In this document: positions 48,377-57,024 of the stretch, piece by piece
Position numbering within the stretch: the first letter of the stretch is position 1
Layout: each line of letters opens with the position of its first letter
DNA from: Clostridia bacterium
GTDB lineage: Bacteria > Bacillota > Clostridia > Christensenellales > UBA1242
DNA length: 64,000 nt
NCBI GenBank assembly: GCA_017621525.1
Contig: JAGASX010000011.1
Coordinates: forward strand, 47,865-111,864
Direction of reading: 5' to 3'
Translations under genes and position numbers: made by a program
Notes under the pieces: model-generated
Databases searched by the model: none
What the model was told of the DNA's origin: nothing
Seen by the model: only the letters and a program-made list of their open reading frames with translations

Positions 48377-50470
48377 ATGAAGGTTTTGGAACTTATTGAT
48401 GTAAATAAAGAGTACAAACTTGCTGGGAAGGAAAAATTTAAGGCGTTAAGCGACGTTTCTGTTTCTTTTGAGCGTGGTGAACTTGTTTCTATTATTGGTG
48501 AAAGTGGAAGTGGAAAAAGTACGCTTATGAATTTGATAGGCGGACTTGACTCTGACTATACCGGAACAATCAATATTGACGAAATTGACCTTAAAACATT
48601 TAAAGATAAGCAACTTGATGACTATCGCAAAAAGAAAATTGGTTTTGTTTTTCAATCTTTCAATCTTATTCCTCACCTTTCTATACTTGAAAATGTTACC
48701 ATTCCCCTCACCCTTTCAAACGTTAAAGAAAGCGAAAAGGTGGAAAAGGCAACAAAGTTATTGACAAAATTGGGGCTTGAATCACAAATAAGGAAAAAGC
48801 CAACCCAACTTTCCGGCGGGCAAAAGCAACGTGTTGCGATTGCAAGGGCACTTATCAATGACCCAGACATTATTTTGGCAGATGAGCCAACCGGTGCACT
48901 TGACAGCACCACTACCGGGCAAATTCTTGAAATTTTAAAAGAAATTGCAGACGACGGAAAGTTGGTGATTATGGTAACACATTCCGAAAAAGTTGCAAAA
49001 ATTTCCTCACGAATTGTTGAAATTGCCGACGGAAAAATAATACGCGACGAGAAAAAAGCAGACTATATGGCAACGCCAAAAGAAGAGCGTATTATTGAAG
49101 AAAAAACCTCTGCTGAAACAAAAAAGGTTAAGAAAAAAGAAGGACACCTTTCACTTTGGTCGGCATTAAAGTTATCTTTCCATAACATGTGGGCAAGCAA
49201 AACCAAAAATATTTTAATGGCAATTGGTGTTTCAATTTCTCTTATGTCTATGATTTTAATGTTATCATTCGGCTCTGGGCTTACCGGCTATATTACTGCA
49301 ACTGCCGGCGAATATTCCAACCCTACTGTGGTTTCTATTTCCAAAAAAGCAAATGGAAACCCTCTTGATACTTCTATACTTGAGGCTCTGAAATTTACAG
49401 AGCACGAAGTACAAACATTAACAGATGAAATAAACGCCCTTCTTGAATCTAAAGAAAATTCTTTTAGAGTTATCACTGATGGAGAAAATAAAAATCTTGA
49501 ATATGGTTTTAGCACACCAACAATATCGGCGGGAACTGTTGTTTACAAACCAGAATCTACAGAAGAAGAGCCAAATCCTGAAGAAAAAACCGAACAAATT
49601 TTTTATACCTACACCACACCTCCATATTACAATGAAACACATCTTGTAACCGAAAGTGGTCATATAAGCGGGGAAAATGAAATCATGCTTTCAAAAGCGG
49701 CATTAAAATTTCTTGGTTTGGAAAATTCACAAATTGAAGAAGTTGTAGGAAAAGAAGTAACTTTAAATATCAACTTTGGCGATATTAAATTAAGCAAACA
49801 AGTTACAATTTCTGCAATTGTTGACATTTCTCTTTTTGAGTCTATGATGGTTATGTATATTGACTATAACTTCCTTAACGATTGCGTAAAAGAAGCACAA
49901 GTTGCCAATGGATATGAAGCCACAGGGCTTTCCCCTACACAATTGTACATTCAAACAGACAGCGAGCAGACCACCGACCTTATCAACAATTATATTGAAA
50001 AAAATAGAAAAGACCTTGCCGGCTCGGTTGAAGAGCAACTTGAAAAAATGTTTAGTGAAATGCTTAACACATTTTCAATCGCCCTTACAGTTATTGCGGG
50101 AATTTCACTTGCTGTTGCATTGATTATGATTTTGGTAGTTCTTTATATGAGCGTTTCCGAGCGTACGCGTGAAATTGGCGTTCTTAAAAGCATAGGCGCA
50201 CGCAAAAAAGATATTAAACTTATTTTCAGTATGGAAAGTTTTCTTGTAGGAATTTTAAGCGGGCTTGTTGGAATTGCCCTTACGCTTCTTACAGGTGGAA
50301 TATTATCTATTGTGTTTAATTCTCTTCTTGGATTTGCACCTATAAATATGTTGTGGTATTACTTTGCAGAAGCAATGCTTATAAGCGTTGTTATAAGTGT
50401 TGTTGCTGGACTTTACCCTTCTGCAAAAGCAGCAAAACTTGACCCTGTTGAATCTTTGCGTCATGAATAA
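48377..50470 (+). CDS. MacB-type ABC transporter (N-terminal ATPase fused to an FtsX-family permease)
   Basis: GESGSGKST, LSGGQKQR, ILADEPTGALD, then a large extracytoplasmic domain and C-terminal FtsX helices. Confidence 0.88.
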   Translation: MKVLELIDVNKEYKLAGKEKFKALSDVSVSFERGELVSIIGESGSGKSTLMNLIGGLDSDYTGTINIDEIDLKTFKDKQLDDYRKKKIGFVFQSFNLIPHLSILENVTIPLTLSNVKESEKVEKATKLLTKLGLESQIRKKPTQLSGGQKQRVAIARALINDPDIILADEPTGALDSTTTGQILEILKEIADDGKLVIMVTHSEKVAKISSRIVEIADGKIIRDEKKADYMATPKEERIIEEKTSAETKKVKKKEGHLSLWSALKLSFHNMWASKTKNILMAIGVSISLMSMILMLSFGSGLTGYITATAGEYSNPTVVSISKKANGNPLDTSILEALKFTEHEVQTLTDEINALLESKENSFRVITDGENKNLEYGFSTPTISAGTVVYKPESTEEEPNPEEKTEQIFYTYTTPPYYNETHLVTESGHISGENEIMLSKAALKFLGLENSQIEEVVGKEVTLNINFGDIKLSKQVTISAIVDISLFESMMVMYIDYNFLNDCVKEAQVANGYEATGLSPTQLYIQTDSEQTTDLINNYIEKNRKDLAGSVEEQLEKMFSEMLNTFSIALTVIAGISLAVALIMILVVLYMSVSERTREIGVLKSIGARKKDIKLIFSMESFLVGILSGLVGIALTLLTGGILSIVFNSLLGFAPINMLWYYFAEAMLISVVISVVAGLYPSAKAAKLDPVESLRHE

Positions 50471-50486
50471 TTTTATTTAAATAAAC

Positions 50487-50519
50487 AAAAATGCATGGAA
50501 TAAATTCCATGCATTTTTT
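50487..50519. terminator. Bidirectional intrinsic terminator
   Basis: ATGCATGGAA / TTCCATGCAT stem flanked by an A-run and T6. Confidence 0.65.
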
Positions 50520-50590
50520 AATTGCGTTTTTGCATAATAGCGAAAGATGTTGTAGGTTGAAAAAGCAGAACACATACAATATATTGATTT

Positions 50591-53176
50591 TTAGTTGTTT
50601 AAAAGTTTTTCAAGTTTTGCCCTGTTTACTTCAAGTTTTTGCTTTTCCGCTTCAACCAAAGAGGCTGGTGCTTTATCTACAAAGCCCTTGTTTGAAAGCA
50701 TTTTTTCAGAGCGTGCAATTTCAAATTTAAGGCTTTCTATTTCCTTTTCATTTCTTTCTTTTTCTTTCTCGCTGTCAATAAGTTCCCCTACCGGAATAAA
50801 TACTTTAACTTCATCAATGATAAGTTTTACGCATTTTTCTTGTGGCTGTTGTTTAACGATTTGAGCGTTTGTTCCAAATGCAAGTTTTGCAATTTCGGCA
50901 ATGTTTTCTTTTACAACATCGCACTCTTCATCAAGCATAATATACAAAGACGTTCTTTTATTATCCGGCACGTTATATTCTGCCCTTGCATTTCTTATAG
51001 CACGAACAATTTCAATTACCTTGTTAAAGTTGTTCGCCAAATTACCGGCGCCCACCTTTTTAGGGAACTTGGTTTTTAAAATTGTTTCTTCATGCATAGG
51101 AAGTTCTTGATAAATATATTCGGTAACAAAAGGTATGAAAGGATGGAAAAGTTTAAGCAAGTTGTCAAATACGTAATAAAGTACGTTTTGAGCAACATTT
51201 TTTCTTTCTGCATCTTCCCCATAAAGGTCAACTTTGCAAAGTTCTATATACCAATCACAGAATTTTGCTACGGTAAATTCAATAAGGTTTGAAGTCGCCA
51301 CGCCAAGTGCGTATTTATCAATATTTTTGGTAACAGATTTGATAAGGTCGTTAAGTTCTGTCAAAATCCACTTATCTTTTTCTTTAAGTGCAAGTTTTGA
51401 AAGTTCGGTTTTCTTCATACCGTCAAGGTTTTGAAGAACAAATTTGCTTGCGTTGTAAAGTTTGTTGATAAAGACTTTTGCATCTTTCGCCTTCTCTTCA
51501 CCATAGCGAATGTCTGTACCCGCGCTCATTCCGTTGATAAGGCTTAAACGAAGAGCATCTGCGCCATACTTTTCAATCATATCGATTGGGTCGATACCAT
51601 TGCCAAGGTGTTTTGACATTTTAACGCCATGAATATCCCTTACAAGGCCATGTATTACAACGTCCTTAAATGGGATTTCACCCATAAATTTAAGGCCTGA
51701 AAACACCATTTTTGAAACCCAGAAAGTTATTATATCATAACCTGTAACAAGAGTTGAGGTTGGGTAGTAATATTTTAAGTCTTCTGTCTGATTTGGAAAT
51801 CCAAGTGTAGAGAATGGCCAAAGCGCAGACGAAAACCACGTGTCAAGTACATCGTTATCTTGCGACAATTTTGTACTTCCGCAATGTGGGCAAGTTGGAT
51901 TATCGTGTTCGCTTGCAAACGTATGACCATTTTCGCAAGTAAAGACAGGAATTCTATGTCCAAGCCAAATTTGGCGAGATATACACCAATCTTGAATGTT
52001 TTCAAGCCAATTTAAATATGTTTTCTCGTAGCGTTTTGGGTGGAACTTCAATTTGCCCGTTTTAACCGCCTCAATGGCCGGCTGGGCAAGTTCTTTCATC
52101 TTAACAAACCATTGGGTTGAAATTCTTGGTTCTGTAAACGCCCCGCATCTTTCACAAGTACCCACTTGGTTTTTGTATTTTTCCTTTTTAACAAGGTATC
52201 CGCCTTCTATAAGTGCCTTTTCGATAAGTGGGCGGGCTTCAATTCTGTCCATTCCGCTAAATTCGCCAGCAATTGCCGTCAATCTGCCGTCGTCATCAAT
52301 ACAATTTACAACTTCCAAATTATGGCGAAGCCCAACCTCATAGCCATTTGGGTCATGGGCTGGTGTGATTTTTACCGCACCTGTACCAAAACCGATTTCG
52401 CAATAGTCATCGCCAATAAGTTTAATCTTCTTGTTTACAAGTGGCAGAATAAGGTCTTTGCCAATTTGTCCCTTAAACTTTTCATCTGCTGGGTTTACCG
52501 CAACCGCAGTATCGCCAAATATGGTTTCTGGGCGAGTGGTTGCAACAACCACCTCTCCACTGCCATCAGCAAATGGATAACGAATATACCAAAGATATGT
52601 GTTTTGGTCTACGTGAACGTTTTCATTGTCTGATATGGTTGTTTTGCAACTTGGGCAATAATTTACAACGCGTTTTCCTTTATAAATTAAGCCCTCGTTA
52701 TAGTAACGGCAAAAAACATGACGAACAGCGTGGTTAAGGTTGTCATCCATGGTAAAAGCAAGGCGTGTCCAATCGCATGAAACGCCCAACATTTTAAGTT
52801 GGTCGCATATTACGTGGGTATATTTTTTATACCAATCCCACCCTCTTTTTAAAAATTCTTCTCTGCCAATGCCCTCTTTTGTGAGACCCTCGGCTTTAAT
52901 TGCCTTAACAAGCACCTGTTCGGTTGCAATAGCAGCATGGTCTGTACCCGGCACCCACAACGTGTTGATACCTTGCATTCTTTTTGTTCTTATTAAAATA
53001 TCTTGAATAGTATTATCAAGGGCATGACCAATATGTGCCTTACCGGTAACGTTCAATGGCGGCATAACGATTGAATAGTGTTCTCTACTGTCTGGGTCTG
53101 TCCTAAAATAATTTTTGTCAAGCCAAGTTTTATAAATTTCATTTTCAAAACTTTGAGGTGAATAAGTCTTTTCCAT
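50591..53176 (-). CDS. valS: Valine--tRNA ligase
   Basis: HIGH (GKAHIGHA) and KMSKS motifs, editing domain, C-terminal coiled coil. Start at ATG 53176 after AAGGAG. Confidence 0.96.
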   Translation of the reverse strand: MEKTYSPQSFENEIYKTWLDKNYFRTDPDSREHYSIVMPPLNVTGKAHIGHALDNTIQDILIRTKRMQGINTLWVPGTDHAAIATEQVLVKAIKAEGLTKEGIGREEFLKRGWDWYKKYTHVICDQLKMLGVSCDWTRLAFTMDDNLNHAVRHVFCRYYNEGLIYKGKRVVNYCPSCKTTISDNENVHVDQNTYLWYIRYPFADGSGEVVVATTRPETIFGDTAVAVNPADEKFKGQIGKDLILPLVNKKIKLIGDDYCEIGFGTGAVKITPAHDPNGYEVGLRHNLEVVNCIDDDGRLTAIAGEFSGMDRIEARPLIEKALIEGGYLVKKEKYKNQVGTCERCGAFTEPRISTQWFVKMKELAQPAIEAVKTGKLKFHPKRYEKTYLNWLENIQDWCISRQIWLGHRIPVFTCENGHTFASEHDNPTCPHCGSTKLSQDNDVLDTWFSSALWPFSTLGFPNQTEDLKYYYPTSTLVTGYDIITFWVSKMVFSGLKFMGEIPFKDVVIHGLVRDIHGVKMSKHLGNGIDPIDMIEKYGADALRLSLINGMSAGTDIRYGEEKAKDAKVFINKLYNASKFVLQNLDGMKKTELSKLALKEKDKWILTELNDLIKSVTKNIDKYALGVATSNLIEFTVAKFCDWYIELCKVDLYGEDAERKNVAQNVLYYVFDNLLKLFHPFIPFVTEYIYQELPMHEETILKTKFPKKVGAGNLANNFNKVIEIVRAIRNARAEYNVPDNKRTSLYIMLDEECDVVKENIAEIAKLAFGTNAQIVKQQPQEKCVKLIIDEVKVFIPVGELIDSEKEKERNEKEIESLKFEIARSEKMLSNKGFVDKAPASLVEAEKQKLEVNRAKLEKLLNN

Positions 53177-53254
53177 ATTTTCTCCTTGATGTGTTTGGAT
53201 AGGTTTATTATACAATATTTAATAGTCAAAAAGCAAGCAAAAGTGTATGGTTTT

Positions 53255-53291
53255 AAAAAACAACCCTACCAATTTAGGCGGGTTGTTTTTT
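53255..53291 (-). terminator. Intrinsic terminator 75 nt upstream of the valS start (leader attenuator, or end of an independent RNA)
   Basis: Minus-sense AACAACCC-13 nt loop-GGGTTGTT followed by T6. The loop contains UUGGUA. Confidence 0.6.
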
Positions 53292-53334
53292 GTGTACCCC
53301 AAGGGATTTGCCTTTTTGCTTGACTGGTCGCGTA

Positions 53335-53552
53335 CTCCCTCCGTCAGTGCATGGGCACTGACACCTCCCTCCCGGAGGGAGGTTATGATAAGGTGTTATT
53401 TTGATGACACCCTCCGGCACTGCGTGCCACCTCCCGACGGCCAGAGCGGGAGGCTTTTTACAAAGTTGTATTCTCCCCCAGTCGGCTGTGCCGACAGCCC
53501 CCTCCCAGAGAGAGAGGGGGGACTTACCTTTTCACTTTTACTTCTTACCTTT
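53335..53552 (-). ncRNA. GC-rich structured RNA candidate / non-T-box valS leader containing three similar hairpin modules
   Basis: Modules at 53335-53382, 53410-53453 and 53473-53521, each with C-rich/G-rich pairing partners around a short GC hairpin. Bracketed by promoter 53560-53587 and terminator 53255-53291 on the minus strand. Strand assignment is inferred. Confidence 0.4.
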
Positions 53553-53559
53553 CACCTGT

Positions 53560-53587
53560 ATATTACCCCCCCCCCTGAAAAAGTCAA
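53560..53587 (-). promoter_or_regulatory. Putative promoter with a G10 tract in the spacer
   Basis: Minus sense TTGACT (53582-53587), 16-nt spacer containing G10 (53566-53575), TAATAT (53560-53565). Confidence 0.45.
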
Positions 53588-53617
53588 GCGTTTTGAGGAT
53601 ATTTTTAAAAATTTTCA

Positions 53618-53647
53618 ACAAAAAAGCAGATAATTTATGTTATCTGC
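53618..53647 (-). terminator. Intrinsic terminator of the nfeD-SPFH operon
   Basis: Minus-sense GCAGATAA / TTATCTGC stem followed by T6. Confidence 0.6.
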
Positions 53648-53657
53648 CTTTCTATTA

Positions 53658-54569
53658 TTATTTATCTTCTTTTGAATCTTTTTTCATTGTTTCGCTTATG
53701 CTTGAGAACAAGCCTAACACATTTTGAATTTCGCTTGGAACGATAAGTTTTGTTGCCTGCCCATCTGCAAGTTTTTTAAGAGCCTCGAAGCCTTGCAATG
53801 TGATATATGCAGGGTTTGGATTTGCCGAATTTATCATATTGATTGCTTGGCTTTCACCCTCTGCAAGAGCTATAAGGGCTGATTTTTTAGCCTCTGCTTC
53901 CATGATTTTTGCTTGTTTATCAGCCTCTGCGCGTAAAATTTGAGCCTGTTTTTCACCTTCAGCAACCAAAATGCTTGATTTTTTCTCACCCTCAGCACGC
54001 AAAATTTGTTCACGGCGTTCGCGTTCCGCACGCATTTGTTTTTCCATCGCCTCTTGAATATCTTTTGGTGGCAAAATGTTTTTAAGTTCCACGCGGTTGA
54101 TTTTGATACCCCATGGGTCGGTCGCCTCGTCGAGAATAACTCTCATCTTTGTGTTTACTATTTCGCGTGATGTCAAAGTTTCGTCAAGTTCAAGTTCACC
54201 AACTATGTTACGAAGTGTTGTTGCTGTAAGGTTTTCAATTGCCTTGATTGGTTCATCTACGCCGTACGAGAAAAGTTTAGCGTCTGTGATTTGAAAATAC
54301 ACAACTGTATCAATTTGCATTGTTACATTATCTTTTGTGATAACTGGTTGTGGTTTGAAGTCGGCAACAATTTCTTTAAGTGAAATTGGTTTGCTGGTTC
54401 TATCAAAGAATGGCAAAATGATATGTATGCCTGTTTCTAATGTTTTTCTATATTTTCCAAGTCTTTCTACAACCACTGCGGTTGCCTGTCTTACAATTCT
54501 GATTGAAAGACAAAGTACAAGTAATGTAACTACGCCAAGTACGATTAAAACTATTGCAAATGCGCTCAT
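53658..54569 (-). CDS. SPFH/band-7 (stomatin/QmcA-like) protein
   Basis: N-terminal TM helix, SPFH domain, Ala/Glu-rich coiled coil (EREQILRAEGEK..). Confidence 0.9.
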   Translation of the reverse strand: MSAFAIVLIVLGVVTLLVLCLSIRIVRQATAVVVERLGKYRKTLETGIHIILPFFDRTSKPISLKEIVADFKPQPVITKDNVTMQIDTVVYFQITDAKLFSYGVDEPIKAIENLTATTLRNIVGELELDETLTSREIVNTKMRVILDEATDPWGIKINRVELKNILPPKDIQEAMEKQMRAERERREQILRAEGEKKSSILVAEGEKQAQILRAEADKQAKIMEAEAKKSALIALAEGESQAINMINSANPNPAYITLQGFEALKKLADGQATKLIVPSEIQNVLGLFSSISETMKKDSKEDK

Positions 54570-55051
54570 TTTTCTTCCTCCTTAATTTCCTCTTTGTTTT
54601 GTGGTTGTGGTTTTTCTTCCACCCTTTTCACAACCATTTTATTACCATCGATTTTGGTAATTTCTACAAGTTGCCCTCTTGATATTTTCTCGCCATTTTC
54701 GCTAACCGCCGTCCAAACGACATCGTTGATTTTTATAGAACCGTTTTTCTCAAAATCGGCGTCTTCAAGAAGTCGGTATCGTTTGCCCTCTTGTGCGTGG
54801 ACGTTAGTTTTTGTGTTCATGTTTTTAAACAGCAGTTTCTGTGCGTACTTTCTAACAAAAATTATCAAAAGTGCAGATGGCACAACGAAAATTATTAGTT
54901 CTATTTCAAGTGGCACTCCACCAATTGCCGAAAGTATAAACGGAACAACCGCACCCACCGAGAACCACACGGCGACAAGGTCAAGGGTAAGCACCTCTAT
55001 TATCACCGATACCACGATTACGGCAAGCCAAATCCAGAACATAACTTCCAT
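54566..55051 (-). CDS. NfeD-family membrane protein
   Basis: Three or four TM helices plus a C-terminal OB-fold. Overlaps and precedes the SPFH gene, the classic NfeD-stomatin pairing. Confidence 0.85.
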   Translation of the reverse strand: MEVMFWIWLAVIVVSVIIEVLTLDLVAVWFSVGAVVPFILSAIGGVPLEIELIIFVVPSALLIIFVRKYAQKLLFKNMNTKTNVHAQEGKRYRLLEDADFEKNGSIKINDVVWTAVSENGEKISRGQLVEITKIDGNKMVVKRVEEKPQPQNKEEIKEEEK

Positions 55052-55285
55052 TTTTCAGCCCCCTTTTGTGTTTGTATTCTATCACAAAGTATAAAATTTG
55101 TCAATGTTATATGCAAGAATTTGCATTTGTGTTTATTTTCCCGCCGAAAAATCACAAAACTTAAAAAAATTTAAAAATATTAAAAAAAGTTTGCAAAAAC
55201 AGTTGCTTTTTATACTAAAATTTGATATTATATTGGAGTAAACCTTAGTTACTGCATACAATATAGTAATGAATAGGCGATTTTC

Positions 55286-55360
55286 GCGGGAGTGGCTCAG
55301 TGGTAGAGCGTTACCTTGCCAAGGTAAATGTCGCGGGTTCGAATCCCGTCTTCCGCTCCA
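55286..55360 (+). tRNA. tRNA-Gly (GCC), CCA encoded
   Basis: GCGGGAG acceptor, anticodon arm TTACC-TTGCCAA-GGTAA. Confidence 0.92.
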
Positions 55361-55364
55361 CAAT

Positions 55365-55439
55365 GGTACCATCGCCAAGCGGTAAGGCAAAGGTCTGCAA
55401 AACCTTTATTCCCCGGTTCAAATCCGGGTGGTACCTCCA
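55365..55439 (+). tRNA. tRNA-Cys (GCA), CCA encoded
   Basis: GGTACCA acceptor, anticodon loop CTGCAAA, discriminator T. Confidence 0.92.
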
Positions 55440-55645
55440 TTGAATTCAGCGACCGAGGGAGGTCGCTATTATAATTTATGGGGGTATTTTTATTAAAGGT
55501 GCGGAAAGAGTGGCGGAATATCAATCCTTTGCACCAATGTGTGCGGTGAAAGGATTGATGCATACGCTTTGCGTATTTAGTGCAGACGGCGTCTGCCATT
55601 GTTAAGTACAACGCTTGTACAAAATTTACAACTTAATATCTCTCA

Positions 55646-55731
<86 letters not shown>

Positions 55732-55736
55732 ATAAA

Positions 55737-55755
55737 ACAGGGTAACCTGTTTTTT
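55737..55755 (+). terminator. Small intrinsic terminator right after tRNA-Leu
   Basis: CAGG-GTAA-CCTG followed by T7. Confidence 0.5.
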
Positions 55756-55786
55756 TATTACAAGCAATTAAGGTTTTTGTTGAATT

Positions 55787-55865
55787 ATTGGTGGGAGGCG
55801 AACGTGTTCGACGGGGTCCCAAAAAATCGTAAGATTTTTGGGGTAAGGCTTCCACCACCAGCACC
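55787..55865 (+). repeat. tRNA-Leu-linked structured module ending in ..CTTCCACCACCAGCACCA (homolog of 4424-4530)
   Basis: 15-nt repeat of the tRNA 3' end (55717-55731 = 55851-55865). Hairpins CGAAC-GT-GTTCG and CCCAAAAAATC-GTAA-GATTTTTGGGG. Has its own terminator downstream. Confidence 0.6.
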
Positions 55866-55873
55866 AAATAAGT

Positions 55874-55903
55874 AAGATCCAAACTGAAAAGTGAGGATCT
55901 TTT
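55874..55903 (+). terminator. Intrinsic terminator after the module
   Basis: AGATCC..GGATCT stem followed by T5. Confidence 0.55.
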
Positions 55904-55915
55904 TATATCTTTTAG

Positions 55916-55977
55916 ATGTGGAGGTAGATTTTAAGGCACGGCTCAACCCCACCACAAACAAGGCATCTTGTTTTTTT
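55916..55977 (+). repeat. Decayed third copy of the Leu-linked module with its own terminator
   Basis: TGTGGAGG..TAGATTTTAAGG..GGCTCAACCCCACCACA resembles ..AAGATTTTTAGGGTAAGGGCTCCCACC.. of the intact modules. ACAAG-GCAT-CTTGT followed by T7 at 55957-55977. Confidence 0.4.
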
Positions 55978-56041
55978 TCGTTAAAAATTAAAATATTGAC
56001 AAATATATTATAGAATGATACAATGAGTATGGAGGCTTAAA

Positions 56042-56317
56042 ATGATTGATTTACAAAATGTTAAAAATATTATAGCAAAACAAATAAATGTTAACCCTGT
56101 AAATATTGACGATAAAGCAACTCTTGGAGGCGATTTACGCATGAATTCTAAACAAATTACATCTCTTATGAGCAATATTGAGGCAAAGTTTGACATCTCT
56201 TTTTCTTTAAGTGAAACACCCGTTGGAAAGGAAACATCCGTCGAATACTTGGCGTATTTGGTTAAAATAGCAGTTGACAACAAAATTCCTTACGACGATT
56301 CTGTATTAGAAGCTTAA
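56042..56317 (+). CDS. Small acyl/peptidyl-carrier-protein-like protein
   Basis: 91 aa with a four-helix-like pattern. LGGDLRMNSKQITSLMSNIEAKF resembles the LGxDSLxxVEL carrier motif, with NS in place of DS. Confidence 0.5.
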   Translation: MIDLQNVKNIIAKQINVNPVNIDDKATLGGDLRMNSKQITSLMSNIEAKFDISFSLSETPVGKETSVEYLAYLVKIAVDNKIPYDDSVLEA

Positions 56318-56332
56318 AATTCAATCTTAAAT

Positions 56333-56363
56333 AAAAAAAAAGACCATTGAAGGTCTTTTTTTT
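56333..56363. terminator. Bidirectional intrinsic terminator
   Basis: AGACC-ATTGAA-GGTCT stem flanked by A9 and T8. Confidence 0.6.
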
Positions 56364-57024
56364 AATCTTTTGTGATTATGTTGTAGATTTTTTCGATGAA
56401 GTTTGAACAGGCTTTTGCGGTTGATTTATCTGCCACTGCGCCATTAAGTTGAATTGTAGTGCCACCCAAAATTATAGTTATATTCTCCATATAGCCATCA
56501 AGTGCATTGTTTGTAAGATATTCTGGGGTTTGTTTTATTGAAAGGTTTAAAAGTGAAGAAAATTGTTTTTGAGTAAATTTTTTGATCTGAGCAAACTTAT
56601 CTTCACTTATAGTACAAAGAGTTGCGTCAATTTCAATTGATGTATCTAAGTTATCGCGAGTATTAACAAGTTTTATATAAACCCTTTTATTATATTTGGG
56701 GTGTTTTTTAGGAACAAGTGCACCGCGATTTACAAAAAGGTAAAATTCTGCGTTTGTTGGAAGAGGTTTAACTTCTTCTTTTTTCTCCTCTTGTTTTTTT
56801 CTGCCCTTTATAAATGGAACAACAAATGGAAGACCTACAACTGCACTTTTAAATCCGTCTACAATATGGACAGAAGTTTTAAGCATGTCCATTACAGCGT
56901 TGAAAACTTTAAGTTTATCAGTCTTTTTAACTGAATATTTATCAAATAACTCTGTAAAGAAAAATTTTTCACCTGATTTTAATGATTTTATTTCTTTGAC
57001 AATTTTTTCAATTATTTCTTGCAT
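56362..57024 (-). CDS. Hypothetical protein (220 aa)
   Basis: ORF with a Lys/Glu-rich linker between two halves. No family recognised. Confidence 0.5.
   Translation of the reverse strand: MQEIIEKIVKEIKSLKSGEKFFFTELFDKYSVKKTDKLKVFNAVMDMLKTSVHIVDGFKSAVVGLPFVVPFIKGRKKQEEKKEEVKPLPTNAEFYLFVNRGALVPKKHPKYNKRVYIKLVNTRDNLDTSIEIDATLCTISEDKFAQIKKFTQKQFSSLLNLSIKQTPEYLTNNALDGYMENITIILGGTTIQLNGAVADKSTAKACSNFIEKIYNIITKD

Noticed and set aside
53177-53330. T-box riboswitch upstream of valS
   Set aside because: I expected one by analogy with other Firmicutes and looked for it on the minus strand. The conserved T-box 14-mer (..GGGTGGTACCGCG..), a specifier-loop context and an F-box were not recognisable by eye. 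Only a terminator with a UGGU-containing loop is present. Not annotated as a T-box; an Infernal scan is needed.
53318-53589. 8-bp inverted repeat GCTTGACT (53318-53325) / AGTCAAGC (53582-53589) flanking the GC-rich block, as possible MITE terminal repeats
   Set aside because: It is too short to distinguish from chance. No target-site duplication was seen. The right copy doubles as a -35 element.
53247-53727. Two overlapping plus-strand ORFs (128 aa and 108 aa) across the GC-rich block
   Set aside because: They have no RBS. The products are Pro/Ser/Leu-rich and generated by reading through consecutive GC hairpins, and they run into the SPFH gene terminator. I treat the region as RNA/regulatory DNA instead.
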